Shown here: one piece after another, positions 14,887 to 15,803 of the stretch
Numbering within the stretch: the stretch's first letter is position 1
Layout of the letters: each line of letters begins with the position of its first letter
DNA from: Anaerolineae bacterium
GTDB lineage: Bacteria; Chloroflexota; Anaerolineae; S140-20
Length of the DNA stretch: 15,803 nucleotides
Assembly (NCBI GenBank): GCA_027021705.1
Contig: JALUTT010000030.1
Coordinates: 1 to 15,803, forward strand
Reading direction: 5' to 3'
Notes under the pieces: generated by a model
Told to the model about the DNA's origin: nothing
Databases searched by the model: none
Seen by the model: the letters and a program-made list of their open reading frames with translations, nothing else
Program-made: the position numbers and the translations under genes

Positions 14887-15543
14887 ATGAAGCGACTGAG
14901 AAAAGCCATTCCTCTACTACTGCTCCTATTGTTCGTTGGCAGCGTGGCCCTTGCCCAGAGTACAGCCGCCATCAGTCGCTGGGTTATCGGGGGCGGGGGA
15001 GGCACAGCCATTGGTGGCAACGTATCCATAAGCAGCACATTGGGCCAGGCGATTGCCGGGCCTGGCAGAGGCAGAGACGTTGATCTCTGCGTCAATCTTT
15101 GGTGCAACGAAGTGACCGAGCACACTGTCTACCTCCCGGCGGTCGTGAGAAACTTCTTCACTTACGCCCTACCCTGCGGATCGGCTAACAACTACTGTGA
15201 GGATTACGACTCTTCGGAAAGCGCCTATGGTCCACTGGAACCTGGCATAGCCTATAGTGCCTATCCAGACGATAGGAATGACTACTATTACTTCATACTT
15301 CCGGATTCTATGATCCGCTCGATTGAGGTCAGAGTGACCAATTATCAGGCCGTAGGACAAGTGCTCGTACGCGACAGGTCACTAGGTATTGTAGGAAGAG
15401 ATGAGAGAAAATCGGGAGAAGATTATGAAATGCGAGTCTTGATTCCCAACCTCTTGCCAGGTAAATACTACATCCAGCTCTACACGGACTTGGACAAGGA
15501 GAGGAATCCCAGTGCGCGTTATACCCTAACGGTGAATTACTAA
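14887..15543 (+). CDS. Small secreted protein: Gly-rich N-terminal module, VYLPAVVR motif, PPC-like beta-sandwich
   Basis: Signal peptide MKRLRKAIPLLLLLLFVGSVALA-Q. Module SRWVIGGGGG...GG.VSISSTLGQ..AG. TVYLPAVVRN. C-terminal DRNDYYYF...PGKYYIQL...YTLTVNY resembles pre-peptidase C-terminal domains. AGGTGA RBS overlaps the upstream stop. Confidence 0.8.
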   Translation: MKRLRKAIPLLLLLLFVGSVALAQSTAAISRWVIGGGGGTAIGGNVSISSTLGQAIAGPGRGRDVDLCVNLWCNEVTEHTVYLPAVVRNFFTYALPCGSANNYCEDYDSSESAYGPLEPGIAYSAYPDDRNDYYYFILPDSMIRSIEVRVTNYQAVGQVLVRDRSLGIVGRDERKSGEDYEMRVLIPNLLPGKYYIQLYTDLDKERNPSARYTLTVNY

Positions 15544-15547
15544 AGCT

Positions 15548-15591
15548 TGCTGGGGCATCCCCCTGCTCGTCTGGTGCGGGATGCCCCAGCA
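15548..15591. terminator. Perfect 14-bp inverted repeat, probable terminator or 3' stabilising hairpin between convergent genes
   Basis: TGCTGGGGCATCCC (15548-15561) and GGGATGCCCCAGCA (15578-15591) with a 16-nt loop, 4 nt after the TAA of the last + strand gene. No clear U-tract on either strand. Confidence 0.65.
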
Positions 15592-15694
15592 GATGATCCC
15601 TTACATCATGCTGATCACTTGTGCTTTGCCCAGGAATCCCCCCCACACTCTCCTAAACCTCTGGACGGCAAGGGCAAGCCGTCACCCCACGCCT

Positions 15695-15802
15695 TCACCC
15701 CCGCGCCAACTCCGCCTTCAGGTGGACGATGGGCTCCACCGGCGTCGGGTCCACGCCGGAGGCCAGCGCCAAGTAGAGGCTGACGAAGTCGCCAAAATGG
15801 AT
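15695..15802 (-). CDS. C-terminal fragment of a bifunctional phosphoglucose/phosphomannose isomerase (SIS-domain family), cut by the window edge
   Basis: Minus-strand translation IHFGDFVSLYLALASGVDPTPVEPIVHLKAELARG-stop matches the GD(F/Y)xSxYLA...GVDPTPV..I..LK C-terminus of PGI/PMI enzymes. Codon usage returns to high GC. Not in the ORF track. Confidence 0.8.
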   Translation of the reverse strand: MHFGDFVSLYLALASGVDPTPVEPIVHLKAELARG

Positions 15803-15803
15803 G

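Noticed and set aside
15547..15783. 78-aa + strand ORF and the 15329-15646 minus-strand ORF
   Set aside because: They span the terminator-like hairpin and overlap better-supported genes.

Overview
High-GC bacterial DNA, most consistent with Chloroflexota/Anaerolineae (inferred from protein motifs). It carries ten co-oriented + strand genes forming a dense Ser/Thr phosphorylation cluster. There are four Hanks-type kinase domains: a 5'-truncated atypical kinase with coiled coil and FHA, a degenerate membrane kinase, and two membrane kinases with Pro/Thr tails. The cluster also has two membrane-anchored PP2C/PPM phosphatases, an extracellular vWA-Ig/TM/cytoplasmic FHA receptor-like protein, and a secreted Ig plus beta-propeller protein. 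A lower-GC two-gene module follows: a secreted GVYG-repeat fibre/tailspike-like protein and a small secreted partner. A 14-bp hairpin closes the cluster, and the 3' end of a convergent phosphoglucose/phosphomannose isomerase-like gene (absent from the ORF track) ends the window. The best candidate for an undescribed system is a surface-sensing or adhesion signalosome. Support includes an identical internal VYLPAVVR motif in two unrelated secreted proteins, a near-identical 21-aa peptide in a kinase tail and a phosphatase tail, a probable pseudokinase, and a structured intergenic element.
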